64,000 nucleotides of DNA from Orbicella franksi (Eukaryota): NCBI GenBank assembly GCA_964199315.1, contig OZ116700.1, positions 15,934,001 through 15,998,000 of the forward strand, read 5' to 3'. The notes beneath the pieces are model-generated. The model did no database searches, was not told the DNA's origin, and saw only the letters and a program-made list of their open reading frames with translations. Below are positions 10,374-22,590 of this stretch, piece by piece. The position numbers and the translations under genes are program-made. How positions within the stretch are numbered: position 1 is the first letter of the stretch; each line of letters opens with the position of its first letter.

Positions 10374-13300
10374 TCAAATGTCATTCATCTGTTTTGTGTT
10401 TTCCTGATTCTGCACGTTGAGTAGTTCTTCTTGCTGCTCAATCTCTTCACAGAGAGCAATAATGATTTCTTTCTTGGTGGATGCCAACTTCTTTTGGATG
10501 TTACCTAACTGCTCTGTATAAAATCTGATTGCTGACTCATCTGAAAATTTGGATACAAGGTTTTCAATCCTTTTGACTAAATCAGCTTTCTTCATGTTCT
10601 TTAGTTGAGATGCTACCTCCCTCTCTCCTTTAGTTACATGTAAAGGAGTCAAGGGCAGGTCTTCTCTTTGCTTTCCATTAAAGAGCACTTCCTTGAATAC
10701 CATTTCTCGGTTGGCAGAGGCTACTTCCGTGACATCCACAAGACTCGGGTCAAGAACCTTGCCATCAACAGATGCATGCGATTTCTCATCGAATGGTCTG
10801 CTCAAATACCTGTGGGTATATTGGGAGGGGAGTCAATGGAAGTTTATAGATTGACGACATAATAAGAAAGATGTAATGGATGACAGCAACTATTTTGAAA
10901 CGAGCCCTTTTCTATAGCACTGCAGGAAACACAAGGCAAACTTACTGTACTACAAAAGTTCCACTTCACTCTTCAAAATACACAGAATCCAATTTTGCAA
11001 AACAGGTTATTTACCTGACTTACTTACTACGTTAGTTAATTTTTTTTGAGCTAATGAATTGCTTTTTAAATTTTCATTTTGTCTTGGAGATAAGGGTAGG
11101 GGTAACCATGTGAAACAAAGAAACACTATTTTCTTTTGGCAGCAAACCCCGCATAACTGATAGGCTTGATCAATAACTATTCCAATTACTGGCTATGTGT
11201 GATGCAGATTGTCTGTAATACATGTCGTTATTAATATCTACAATCCAGGAACAACAAGGTCACCTTTTGCGTCGCAGTGTTACTCGCCAAGCCACAATTT
11301 CTTTACTGAGATCCTCCCTCCTCCTGGATAACTGGGCCTCATCTTTGGGATCGTTCATGCCAAACCATGAGAATGTCGTACCACGCAGCTGAAGTATAAA
11401 TCAATTGAAATAATGACCCTTAAGGAATAAAATTCTACAGAAATGTGTTTATTGACTGTGTTGTAATGTCATGGCCATTATGATTACAAACATTCACCTA
11501 GTCCTGCATCTCCATCATGAAAATCCACTTGACAGGGGATTATCTATAATGGACCGGGGCTACAACCACAACCACACAAAATGTAAAAATATGTCATTTT
11601 ACCTGATAGAAATGTTTGACATATTCCTGCAACAAGCTGCTGTGAATTAATACAATTTTATCACCATTATATTTAGAAAAAATACCTTAGTAAGTTGGTC
11701 ATGATTCCTAAATATTGCTAACCACTCTCTTGCGGTCATTGTTCTATTTTCCCAGCATTTTGAAGATTTGTTCACTTCCTCAAGTTGAGCATCAAGGCCT
11801 TCACCTTTAGATTGGTTTCCACTACTGCCACAGATTCGTGTTTCTCAATGAAATTCTTGAGGTCCACAGGGTACAGGGTACGATCACACCTACATGAGGG
11901 CAATAAGAAAGAAAATTTTGTAAAACAGTTATTTAATTATTGGATTGAGCACCCTGATGATTTGTAAATCACTATGTTGTTGAAATAATTGTTCTTTTGT
12001 TTTAAAAAAATTAAAGCAGTTATATTTATATGAACTTGATTTAAACGTACAGAAACCCAGACAGCAAACTCAGTAATGTTCTTTTCCGTGGGCGACATGA
12101 AGATTACAACTATTGAATGAAAATTTTTAGGCCAAAGAAAACTTATATCAACAGCTATCAACATAGCAAGGGACTATCTTGTATCACAGTTTCCTATCAT
12201 GTAACTCAATCAGCTGGTATTTGGAAGTGAAGGGCTTGAAACTGAACAGAGGAGCAAATCCTGACTGACCAGTGTTAACATAGGCACTGTTGTTTCTTCT
12301 GATGCCAACATGGTACATTCTAATTAATCCAATGTAGCGCCAAGTTTGCTCAAACAAGTAGTGGTAGTTGTGGCATTTGACACCTGGTAACCACTCATAT
12401 AGGTAGTCATTCACTGACAGAGGCAACTTCTTTCCCATTCTGTCCCGTACATATGGCAACAGCAATTCGCACCAGTTTCCTTTCTCCATGACATTAAGCA
12501 TGGTCATAGAATAATGGTGATTCTTGGCTCCCCTTGCATAGTTGAGGGCACTTTCAGATGTAAAACCAAGTTCTTTTGCCAAGCTGCTAATGAAGACATC
12601 CCAGTTGATATCAAAGAATACCCTCACCATGTTCATCTCCACATGGAGAGGCCCGATACGCAAAACAACCCAGTCAAACTCTCTAACACAAGCAACACTT
12701 TCTTCACCATTGTGGCATGCATTCAAGTGCTCATTCCATTCTTTTCCATAGAAGGAAACATTTTCAGCACCAGAGCCCTCCTTCTGGCCGCACTCAATAC
12801 AAATCAATGTGTCCTCTAAAATACTGACTGCAATAAGATAAGGAAGACCATCCATTGTAACTGTTAACCACTCCCAGGAATTAGGTCCATGAAATCCATA
12901 CCGAGTTACACGTGCAGTCTGACCAACCCGGCGCAGCACTTCAGTAACTGTCTTATGTGAGTTAGGATTCACAAAAACAGGATCAGAAACAGAAATTCTC
13001 ACAGCACCAGGTTGGTGGTTGGATGGGACGTGGCTCCATTCAATCAAACTCTCTTCATGCACTTTTTTTAGCTCAGGTTGCACATCGAAATCGCCAACAC
13101 TCATGACAACCTCATTTTCTTTGAATCTATACAAATACTTTTTTACTGGCTCCACAAGTGCCATACCTAGGACATCTTCATCAGTTAGCTTTCTCTCTGC
13201 TGCTTTTAGATCCACCCTTCATTCTTTGTTTACACACTTCCGTTTCTGTTTTGGCATAACCGTTTTACAGTTTGGACACACCCGGCTATTTTCTCTGATG

Positions 13301-15466
13301 TTAATTTCCTCCACTCGCAAATCAACATCATCCTTGAATGTCCCCCCTTCGGTCATCTGCTCTGAGACAACATCCTTCAAACATTCCTGAATCATGAGTT
13401 TGTTCTGAAATAAAACAAATAGACAATCATAATCCAAATAAGTTTGGAAATGTTTTTGCGTTCCAAAGAAATCATTCAGATCTGAGTGGACTGGAAGCTT
13501 CTGAAAACAATTTTTGTTTTTATTTTTTCTGTGTGTTGTGATTGCCCACAGGGAAATGAACATTGCATAAATAATTCTTACTGTTTTTTTGTTTATCATA
13601 GTAAATGCACAGTACATGAAGCATGTTTTTTTGGACAATAACATGGGATCCACAAGAATCACACAACAACCAGTTTTAAAATGGCACTTAACGTTACATC
13701 TATGGTAGTAATATGTTCTGATGATAATAAATCATACCTCTCTTCTGAGAAGCTCCTGCATCTCATCTGAGAATTGGAGTCCCAGCTGAAGCTTGTCGTG
13801 TAACATCTTGTCATCTTTGGCTTTGTTCAGATTGTCCTGCCAGCACCTAAAATTAAATTGTTTTTGGAATAATATTTTTAACGAAAAAACCTTTTCAGTC
13901 AGCATTCAAAATTCAATATCTGCATGGAGATAAAAGGCCATACTTTAAAGGAGACAAAAGGCCTACAATCTGCACTGTCACAGCTAAGAGCTAAGAGCTT
14001 GTCCATGTTAAATAAAATAATAATTTTAAACTCATAATAACAACAACAACTGTTGTTGTTGTTGTTATTATGAGTTTGCTTTTTTCCTATGAGCATAGAG
14101 GTAAGGGAAAAGAAATGGACTGCATGAAAAATAAAAAAAAATGTAATGCTTATTTGCTTCTCTTATGGTCAAAGGTGCCATTTAACACTATCTACCAGAA
14201 AATAAAAGGAGCTTTTCTTTTGTAAGCTAGTGGACCATACCCTAGCACACAATCAGTGATATAATTTACTATGAATGAAAATTGTCATTACAATGAACCT
14301 GGGAGCCAGATCACTTCTAATTTGTAGCGAACCCAGGGAGTTGACTTCAGCCTGGCATACACTGGTCACTACGCTCACCCTTGACTTCTGACCCACTTTC
14401 ACTTTCCATTTATGCTGGACAATCTGGTCATTGTCAATTGCCACCATGCAGTCACCAGGAGGAAATTCTTTTTGGTCTGATGCAAGGTCTCTGGTCCACA
14501 ACTTCAAAGTAGAGTAGGACCCACCAGGAAGGGCCTTTCCAAACATGTTAACTACCAGCTTTGAATTGCTGACAGCAAGAAGGCTAATGTTAGTCATAAA
14601 ACTAGGTGGTCCAACAAATGTCATACCATGGATATGGTATAAGTGTTCCAGGGCTAAACAACGTTGAAAATAGTTCTTCTCTTTGGAAGCTAGTCCCTCT
14701 ATGACTGATTTAATGATAGGGTTGCACCGTGAAAACCACTCTTCTGCATCAAAATTCTGCAACATTTCCAGCGCTTTGTACGTCTGGGCAAAGGAGTGGC
14801 AGTCCACCTGCAGCTTTGGTTTCTGCTCATGAATAATTCACTGAACAATATTGGCCTGCATATCCTCGGGTACCTTAGCTATGCAGTCACCCAGCTCATC
14901 CTCCTGAAGAACATAAACTCCCTTGAGGCTGTTCTGCAGAAGTTCCAACAGCTGTGCCTTAGGAATAACAGAGCATAGCTCCTGAAAAATAGCACACTGG
15001 TCTGTGTAGGGTACCTTGGTGATACAGTCGCTAATTGTAACCATAGACATGCAGTAAACTCTAGGAGGCATTTGGTCATCCTCATGTTCTGAGGCCGAGT
15101 CTGTGTCACTGCCATGTAAATGTTTGCCTTCCTTTTCGCCAACTCTACTCTTCTTCTCTTTGAGGGCCTGCCTCGCGCCACTTGGCATTTACAGGTGGCG
15201 CAGTCACCACTGTGTGGAGACCACAATTTTGCTTCTTGTGAACACTTGAACTTTCCCGCCAAATAGTCCTTGTTGCTGCATTTAACTCTGCATTTCATGC
15301 AAATAAATCTGGGGTGCACATTAGGTGAATCCACCAACACAGAGACATTCCAAATTTGTTTAACTTCGTCGGCGTACTTAGTGACGTCCTCTTTCCTCTC
15401 ATTTCCCTTTGTTTTTTCTCCACAAATGCAGCAAAGTGCCTCAAGCATTCGAATATGCTTTTCCAT
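10374..15466 (-). pseudogene. Spliced DDE transposase with N-terminal RAG1/Chapa-like zinc domain and Academ-like core
   Basis: Exons about 15466-14299, 13846-13738, 13404-12192, 11898-11690, 11390-11262 and 10812-10374. N-terminus H..ML..LCCICG...HPRFICMKC...WSPHSGDCATC...RGRPSK. Core IDND, TMDGLPY, RIGPLHVEMN, KGEGLDAQLEEVNK. One frameshift, two stops and one mutated donor. Confidence 0.75.
14028..14077. repeat. Perfect 23-bp palindrome in intron
   Basis: AAACTCATAATAACAACAACAAC - TGTT - GTTGTTGTTGTTATTATGAGTTT. Confidence 0.9.
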
Positions 15467-16034
15467 GTATTTACGAGAGAAAAATTGAAAACAACTGTCA
15501 TAAATATGAAGGAACGATGCATTATTCACGCCTTATAACAACAGCGGTTCAGTTACACTTGTAAGGCCTCAAATTCAAAAAGAGTTTACAAAATTTCGAC
15601 GTTGTTTACAACCGTGGAATTTGGCATGATGAAACTTTAACACCACTAGAACCAGTAAAAAATATACACAGCTCAATGAAAAATACACAAATACTAGAAA
15701 TAACGCGTACTCTTTACTAACCTTAATATTTCACCACAAAATCGCGTCTACATTGTTGCTTAACACCAAAAATACTCAATGATTGGAGGGCAATTCAGGT
15801 TCTCACTCTAACAAAATGGCCGTTTATTCTCCTTCTCAATGTTGGGTCACAAAAAGTCCCGGATAATGCTGGCTAGGCTCTATGCGAGACTGGAAACAAC
15901 ATAGCTTCTTCGTTCCCATGAAAGGTCCGCCATTTTCCCTGATATCAATAGCTTCGTGACGTCACAGCTGTCCTTATACTGGGATATTCCGGACTGGTTA
16001 GGGGGTAATTAGTTTGCCTTGTTTCCCAGGAATA

Positions 16035-17250
16035 TTACTGGAAAACACTAATGAAGGATGTAGTGGATGAATGCTTTCTCTTGAAAAAGATGTGTGAGAT
16101 CTGAGGATGTCCCTTACATGACTACATCGTGGAAAAATGCTATAAGGGCAAAAAGAAGAGCCACTTCAAAGTATTACAAAGATAAATCTGCACACAACTG
16201 GGAGGTTAAACAAAGGTGGCCTACGAAATTAATATAAACCTTTCTATGTACGCAGATGACCATCAGATTTATGAAGCAGGAAAGGATCTCGCAAATGTAA
16301 AGTCATCACTTAGCAGGAATGCAGAAAAAGCATCTAAATGGTATTGAGACAACATGCTCAAAGGTAACTATAGCAAATACAAAACCATGGCAATGCAGAA
16401 CAAAAGAGGGATAACAAATTCGACCACGAGTATTCAAGGCAACAGCATTGAGTCGACAGAGAAGCTTAACCTTTTAGGAGTGACGATAGATAGTAAGCTG
16501 AACTTAAGCCATCATATCAACGTGTGTAAAAAAGCAAGCCAAAAGGATCGGAGTCCTCATGAGACTGAAAAACCTGATACCAACAGAAACAAAGCTGCAA
16601 TCTTACCACACCTTACTTATTGCCACCTCACCTGGCACTTCTGCAAGGCTAGTGATAAGAGGAAGCTTGAGTGCATACAAGAGAGAGGACTCAGGGCAGT
16701 ATTTAAGGATAAACATTCTAGCTACAAGAAACTAATGGCAAAAGTAGACATACCATCATTGTACAACAGACGATTACAGTATATTGCTATCTTCATGTAT
16801 AAGATTAAGAATAAATTACTACCAAAGAGACTTTGGAATCTTTTCCAATTAGACGGTAGTTCATATTACTTAAGGAAACGAGAATTTGTTCTACCACAAT
16901 TCTCCTCAGCAACATATAGAAAACACTCACTTCGTTACCAGGGGCCCAAACTGTGGAATGATCTCACTCCCAGAAACAGAAATCTACCCTCTTTGAAGCA
17001 ATTTAAAAGCGTCATACGTAATGAGGATCTTACTGCTTTAACTGCTAATGTTGGTGACTGTCAAGGCTGCAACCTATGCCGAGAATGACTCTTCATTTAC
17101 ATAAGTTTTACGATTAATATATGTAATTTTAATATTTTAATAGGGTTTAAGATACATAATTTTAATATATTTGTAGTCTTTTTAGCTAAGTTAACAGTTG
17201 TAATTAGGTTTCTATATAGTGTATAAGTGCCCACAAATATTTTGTAATTC
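16035..17250 (+). mobile_element. CR1/L2-type non-LTR retrotransposon fragment (5'-truncated, internally deleted)
   Basis: EDVPYMTTSWKNAIRAKRRA linker, deletion near 16203, then MYADDHQ and KLNLLGVTIDSKLN and the C-terminal ORF 16354-17088, followed by an AT-rich 3' region. Confidence 0.85.
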
Positions 17251-17359
17251 AGAGTTGAATGAATGATTTTAATTAGGTTACTTGGTGGGTGTCCACGATT
17301 AGTAGAGGGGACTTCTCCCCTCGGCTACTGCCTTTTGACACAATAATAAAGTTATTCTT

Positions 17360-17420
17360 ATTCTTCTTTTTCTTCTTCTTCTTCTTCTTCTTATTATTAT
17401 TATTATTATTATTATTATAG
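17360..17420. repeat. Compound (CTT)n(ATT)n microsatellite
   Basis: Visible directly. It follows AATAAA and may be a retroelement tail. Confidence 0.9.
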
Positions 17421-19019
17421 GGAGAGTAGCATGAAAATAAAACAATAATTATTATAACTATCCATGTAATCTTTAATAATTCCGTCAACAAATAGTCTGA
17501 TTTCTAATAAGTCAAAATTTGACTATTTCAATTCTTGTTATTTCAAATATTGCTATTTCAACAAACTTTTATGATATGGGTAATTTTGTATAAGACAGGA
17601 AATAGCTGTGGATCATTATTTTAATACAAACCATATTTCCATTGTTTACCTTATAACAGCTTTTTTTGAGACAACTTAATTTTTTGATTTTGTTTAAAAG
17701 GTGATATTTTGTGACCATAAATTTCCAAGATAGTGTTTCTTCTAATAGAAAACTGAATTTACTAATCAAGGAAAAAATAGAGATCCACTGTTTTCCTTGA
17801 CACAATAATTTGAATGCCTTCGTGGCTTATGAGGTAGGAAATTTTGATTAGGTTGTTTAGTGAAAAGCAGCCCTCCTGGAATTATTATATAGCAATATAA
17901 ATCATTTGGCATGTTTATTTAACTTTTATAATAAAAATTATTTATTTATTTATTTATTATTTATTTATTTATTTATAAAAATCAGTCAATTTTAGCAGCC
18001 ACACCCCTCCCCCCTCTTATCAGGGCAATGACATGTACAGTGCACCTGCTCATCTTGCCAGTCTCAGGAATCTGGTATTAGTTGACCTGGAGCATTTGAT
18101 GGCCTCTTGGTTTTTACATCACTGAATAAAACATGGTGACCAGCTTACTCTGTGGCAAATTCACAGAAATATTTATCGGAATACTGAGAAGTTCCACTTC
18201 TCTATGCCTTATTTTGCTTAGACAGCTCATTGGTCTCTACCATTGAAAATTCTGTAAAAAAAGTGCTCAGGGGTTTGCTCATAGGGAGAGGGGATCAACA
18301 CTTTGAAATTCACTGATTCATAATTACAACTTTCCAATAATTTAGCACAATTTCTTATAAGTTATGTGTGTAAAAATATAATAACTGTTGGGCTCTAGCT
18401 ATCTAAATGTATCTTTGTCTTCTGTGCTGGCCACTTTGCAGCAGCTAGGTCTCCGATAGTTACCTTGTAAACCTTAAAACAACAAAAAGCCAATGAACAT
18501 TTATACATTTTTCCTTACACTACTTTATATTGAATAACCAAGGAGACAAAGAACTTTGTGGGAGAGTGGAAGTCATTACACAAGAATGATTTTGGATAGC
18601 TGGTGTTTCGGGGAACTGTATAAAAACCGGAATACAGAAAGTATGTCATCTACCCCAAGGAGTCAGCTCCTACAAGTCGGCATCTCCAATTCTTCTACTC
18701 ATTTTCCATCAGCCACGTCCATACACATAAAATGATAACAACAATAGACTATTCATACATCCATAGCATAAGAGAACTGAGGCTTTCAAGGCAAACATTC
18801 AGGAAAGGTTTATCTCCATTTTCAAGCTGTCTTTAGACTCTTCAATTGAAAAACCTTTGATATGACAATAAGTAATATTTGCAAATAAATGAAACTCATT
18901 TTCATAGTAAAAATTTTGCACTTCACCTCGCTTTGGAAAAGAGACCACAGGCAATTCGGAAATGGCCTATTGATGAATCTTTATTCCAAAAAAACAACTA
19001 AACCAAGACATTGAACTTA

Positions 19020-19894
19020 CCGTTGAATGGATTGGATCTGGTTTCTCCAGATTACCTGGTATGATTGCCCTCATCACCCTTTTCAGGGTAGCAGGGAATA
19101 CATAGGTCAGCCTTCCACAGACCATTGACCCAAGAGTCATATTGCTTCCAAACTAAATGAAAATGAGAAAACTTACATTTCAGTTACAGATTTAGAAATT
19201 GAGAATTCTCTTCCCCAGTGTGTCATATTTTCCATACACCCTCTATTACCCCACTGGCCCCTCTATACATGGGTCGTGAAATTATACAAATCCTGCACTC
19301 ACTCACTGAAGGGACATTTGAACTTTGGGTAAAACTATTCATTCAGATGAAACCGCTTTTGGTGCATTATAATTATAGAGAGCTTCAAGATATTGAAAGT
19401 TCATAAATAATTCAATAAATCTATGTTTAGCCAAAAGACTGCCAGTTTTATTTCATGACAGCAGTAAAGACAGCTGTGAAAATAATAGGAATATGAACAA
19501 CAAGATAAGAATCCTCTGCTAGCAGGGAAGGATAGTGCACATGTAGAGTATCATGATCATATTCAAGCACTGTTCAAATGTAGCAGACGAAACCATCAAA
19601 AAAACTAAGAAGAATTTTGCAAATAAGCAACTTACCCATAGAAATCTCCAAAGCGATTTACATAATCTGGCATGGCCTTTGTCAGGCGTTTCATTTGACT
19701 TCAGTTCATAATTTTGCAACATTTTTAAATCTATCACAAATACAAGAACACCCAATAAGATGACAGGAAAAAAAATGCACACAACACAAAATCATGTGGA
19801 CTTACCCATTTTTTGGAAATTCAGAACAGAAGGCTTCGAATGAAGCCTCTCCGGATGCAGTTAGTATACTGCAACTCTCCGCTATTGCCGCTAT
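19020..19894 (-). pseudogene. Spliced accessory gene of Kolobok-1 (KolX-like)
   Basis: Exons about 19894-19806 (start ATG mutated to ATA), 19729-19636 and 19165-19020 give ...HARLCKSLWRFLW|FGSNMTLGSMVCGRLTYVFPATLKRVMRAIIPG. It starts about 270 bp inside the right TIR, convergent with the transposase. Confidence 0.45.
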
Positions 19895-20614
19895 CTTTGT
19901 TGGTTCTTATGGCTGCAGGACTCTGAGGTGAAAACCGCTGCCTATAAATTTGCATGCTCAACTGCATGCCTAGTAACTGACCCAGATCCTTTCTCGGTCA
20001 ATGGAAGTGACTTCTGCTAAAAAGGCGTAACTTTGACAACAGTAAGAACGTTTTTGGCACTAGAGATTGCAATAAAAATGTACTTTTTGAATATTAGATA
20101 ACATCAACTATAAATGGGCCAAAAATCAATCGCATCTGAGAACATGAAAAACTGCCTGGGCAGGTACCTTAAGAATTATATAACAAAGGAAAAGAAAAGA
20201 GTGGAGGGCATGTATTGTATCCAATTGAACTTTTATTTTCCTTTCATTTAAGAATAGACTTGTCATATCAATTGTTTGATTAAATGTTTCTTATTTGAAG
20301 ACAAATTCCATTGTTTCTTGTCGATGATGAATAAACGTAGGATAACTAAAATGTTTAGCAATAAAACTAACGATAAAAAATCAGGACTTTTCAACCTTTA
20401 TTAATCATTAATCTTTGCTGTAAAATCAAACTCTAAGAAATTACTCATCAAGAACCACAATATTGTGAAAACAATAACATGAACATTTAAGCTGCAAATG
20501 GAAGAAAATTTCATATTTACTACATAAGGTTCAGGTCATTTTTTGACCAAAATGTGTCATCATAACTTTTTTCCATATATATCGTACAATCATAACATCA
20601 AGAATAAACTTAAG

Positions 20615-20796
20615 AAACAATAACCTGCATTAGATTCTGAAATATGCTCGGATATTTGTCTGCTGGCATTATCTGTTCGAGAAGCACACAGTTTTCCAAG
20701 AGTGTACCTTGAGGAAAACTGTGGCTTTGAGGAAGAGATAATGTCAAGGACAAATATCCCAGCACATTTTCCGACCAAATGGAGACTATTGTGTTT
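20615..20796. repeat. About 180-bp MITE-like dispersed repeat; partial second copy near 21435-21500
   Basis: Inverted ends AAACAATAACCTGCAT..ATATGCTCGGATATTTGTC and GACAAATATCCCAGCACATTTT..GGAGACTATTGTGTTT. Confidence 0.6.
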
Positions 20797-20858
20797 GTCA
20801 TCCTTCAAATACTGGCAAAATAAAAACTTTTCCAAAAAAAGAGGTGGCATTTCAAATA

Positions 20859-21145
20859 TGGTGTGTAGAGGAGAATCTTTTGGGGAGATCGCCCAAAGAT
20901 TCCAAGTGGCAGAAGCAACAGCTGAAATATACACCATTGACATGATTCCTTACAGGCAAGGAGACAATGCAATGTGCAATCGTCTCCTAAAGGAAATGGT
21001 AGTATCTGAAGGGCAATTTATCCGTGTGGTAGAATGTTTAACTAGTCCCGGGGTAACCCTTCAAGAGATCTTGGATGAAACCGATCTGCGATGTCATCAG
21101 ATACATGCAGTGGTTGTTGCACTTTTGCACGGGTTTCGTTTTTAG
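20859..21145 (+). pseudogene. Isolated helix-turn-helix exon (RecQ/WRN C-terminal HTH-like)
   Basis: GESFGEIAQRFQVAEATAEIY ... LQEILDETDLRCHQIHAVVVALL resembles that HTH pattern. No upstream part found. Confidence 0.3.
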
Positions 21146-22199
21146 AAATTTAAAATGACACAATCTTGTTCAAGCCATACAGGAGAACCTAAGGGTGGGC
21201 AGCCCAGCTAATTTTTCATGCGCACAACTCGCCTAATTGCGCACTTGAGCAAATAACGGCACGATTTCTTATAAAAGGGCATTTTCACCTGCTGTCTTAA
21301 TTACTTGTGAGCAAAGGAAGTCCACAATTCATCCTATAGATCTCAAAACTTAATAAAATGTTGAGGGTTTCACTAAAATATATTTGAATTACTTTGTAGA
21401 TGCTAGCTTGTTTTCAGACTCAATCTTGAGCCATTCTCATGAGCATATATAAACAATAGCCTCCATTTGGCACGAAAATATGCTAAGAAAATATGCTCAT
21501 GGAAATTATCTAATGTATTGTGAAAAAGTAATGCAAATGAATTTTGATGAAATTCCTGCTTTTTGGGGCTTTTCGAAGAAATTTTGCTTGAAACGATATT
21601 TCCATGAAATTTCCCCGCATTTTCGTGGCACCTATTGTTTTGATCCGCGCGGTTTTTGAATGCTAATTCACTTTGCACAATGATTAACCGCGAATTTTCG
21701 AGTAATAATTCGCTCCTCTCAAAAAGTTGCCGCGATTTTTTGAATGATAATGTGCTCTTCCCGAAAATTTGATCTATTGTTTATCAATAGGCCAAGAGCG
21801 TTTCCAAAACACAATTCGCTAAGTGGGATATACAAATGACCTTTCCAATCATTGCGTACGAAAGAAACCATTAATCTGCCAAAATAGCATCACAGCTCGA
21901 CGAAATCTTAGCTATGAAACTCACTGGTTATTTCAGAATGCTAAATTGTTGACTTGATCCAAAACCCCAAAACACCACAGTTCCGATAAATAAATGCAAT
22001 TGTACTTAATCACTATGTTATACACTTGCCAAAACGCCATTTTCGCAGCATGTAGAACCACGCGATTTTTCTCGTGCCAGACCCGTCTCTGTGCCAGTTT
22101 GCTGTCATAGTGACTGTTCATGTTTATATAACTTAGACCTGAAATCATTTGCTCATTCGCTTTACATTTAATATTTAAAGCACCTCAATGGTCAGTCAT

Positions 22200-22590
22200 C
22201 ATGCCTTAAGTTTCAAATTAAACAAGAACTCGAATCAAGCTCCTTCACAAGCAAGATCTTCACCCAGCTGGAATATTCAGGTCATTGAAGAACAAAAGTT
22301 TAATAGCAAGCAGTAGTAAGCCACACTAGCGTCTCTCGAATCATCAAGAAACTAAAAATTACTGGCTCCATGGTGAATCTAGCGCACTTGAGAAGACCAA
22401 CAAAGTTGTCTGTGGATGCAGAAGCATTTATAGATCAACAGATGCAAAAAAATGATGAGACTATAAGCCAACAGATTCAGAAGATGCTAGCAAAATGTGG
22501 GATTGTCGTGAGTTCGTCCACTGTATGAAGATCTCACCAACAGCAAGCCTGGACTCTGCAGCAGACCGCTTGTCAGTTCATCCGAGATCT
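22200..22590 (+). pseudogene. Tc1/IS630-type transposase N-terminal fragment
   Basis: Degenerate frame ...RIIKKLKITGSMVNLAHLRRPTKLSVDAEAFIDQQMQKNDETISQQIQKML..CGIVVSSSTV.R, a paired-HTH region. The catalytic part is absent. Confidence 0.6.

Larger units (their letters stand above)
4636..15996 (-). mobile_element. Unclassified multi-gene TIR DNA transposon (CAG..CTG termini, 5-bp TSD)
   Basis: Left end CAGTCTGGAATATCCCAATATATTAGGACAGCCGTGAC versus reverse complement of right end CAGTCCGGAATATCCCAGTATAAGGACAGCTGTGAC. GTTAG flanks both sides (4631-4635, 15997-16001). Contains a minus-strand spliced transposase and three other gene models. Confidence 0.85.
397..20168 (+). mobile_element. Kolobok-type DNA transposon (Kolobok-1) with nested insertions
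   Basis: TTAA (393-396) GGTACCTGCCCAGG ... CCTGGGCAGGTACC TTAA (20169-20172): perfect 14-bp TIR, RR..YY termini and TTAA duplication. It encloses a Kolobok-type transposase and a convergent accessory gene. Confidence 0.82.

Noticed and set aside
17273-17491. ORF with poly-Asn/poly-Lys
   Set aside because: It is the translation of a microsatellite.
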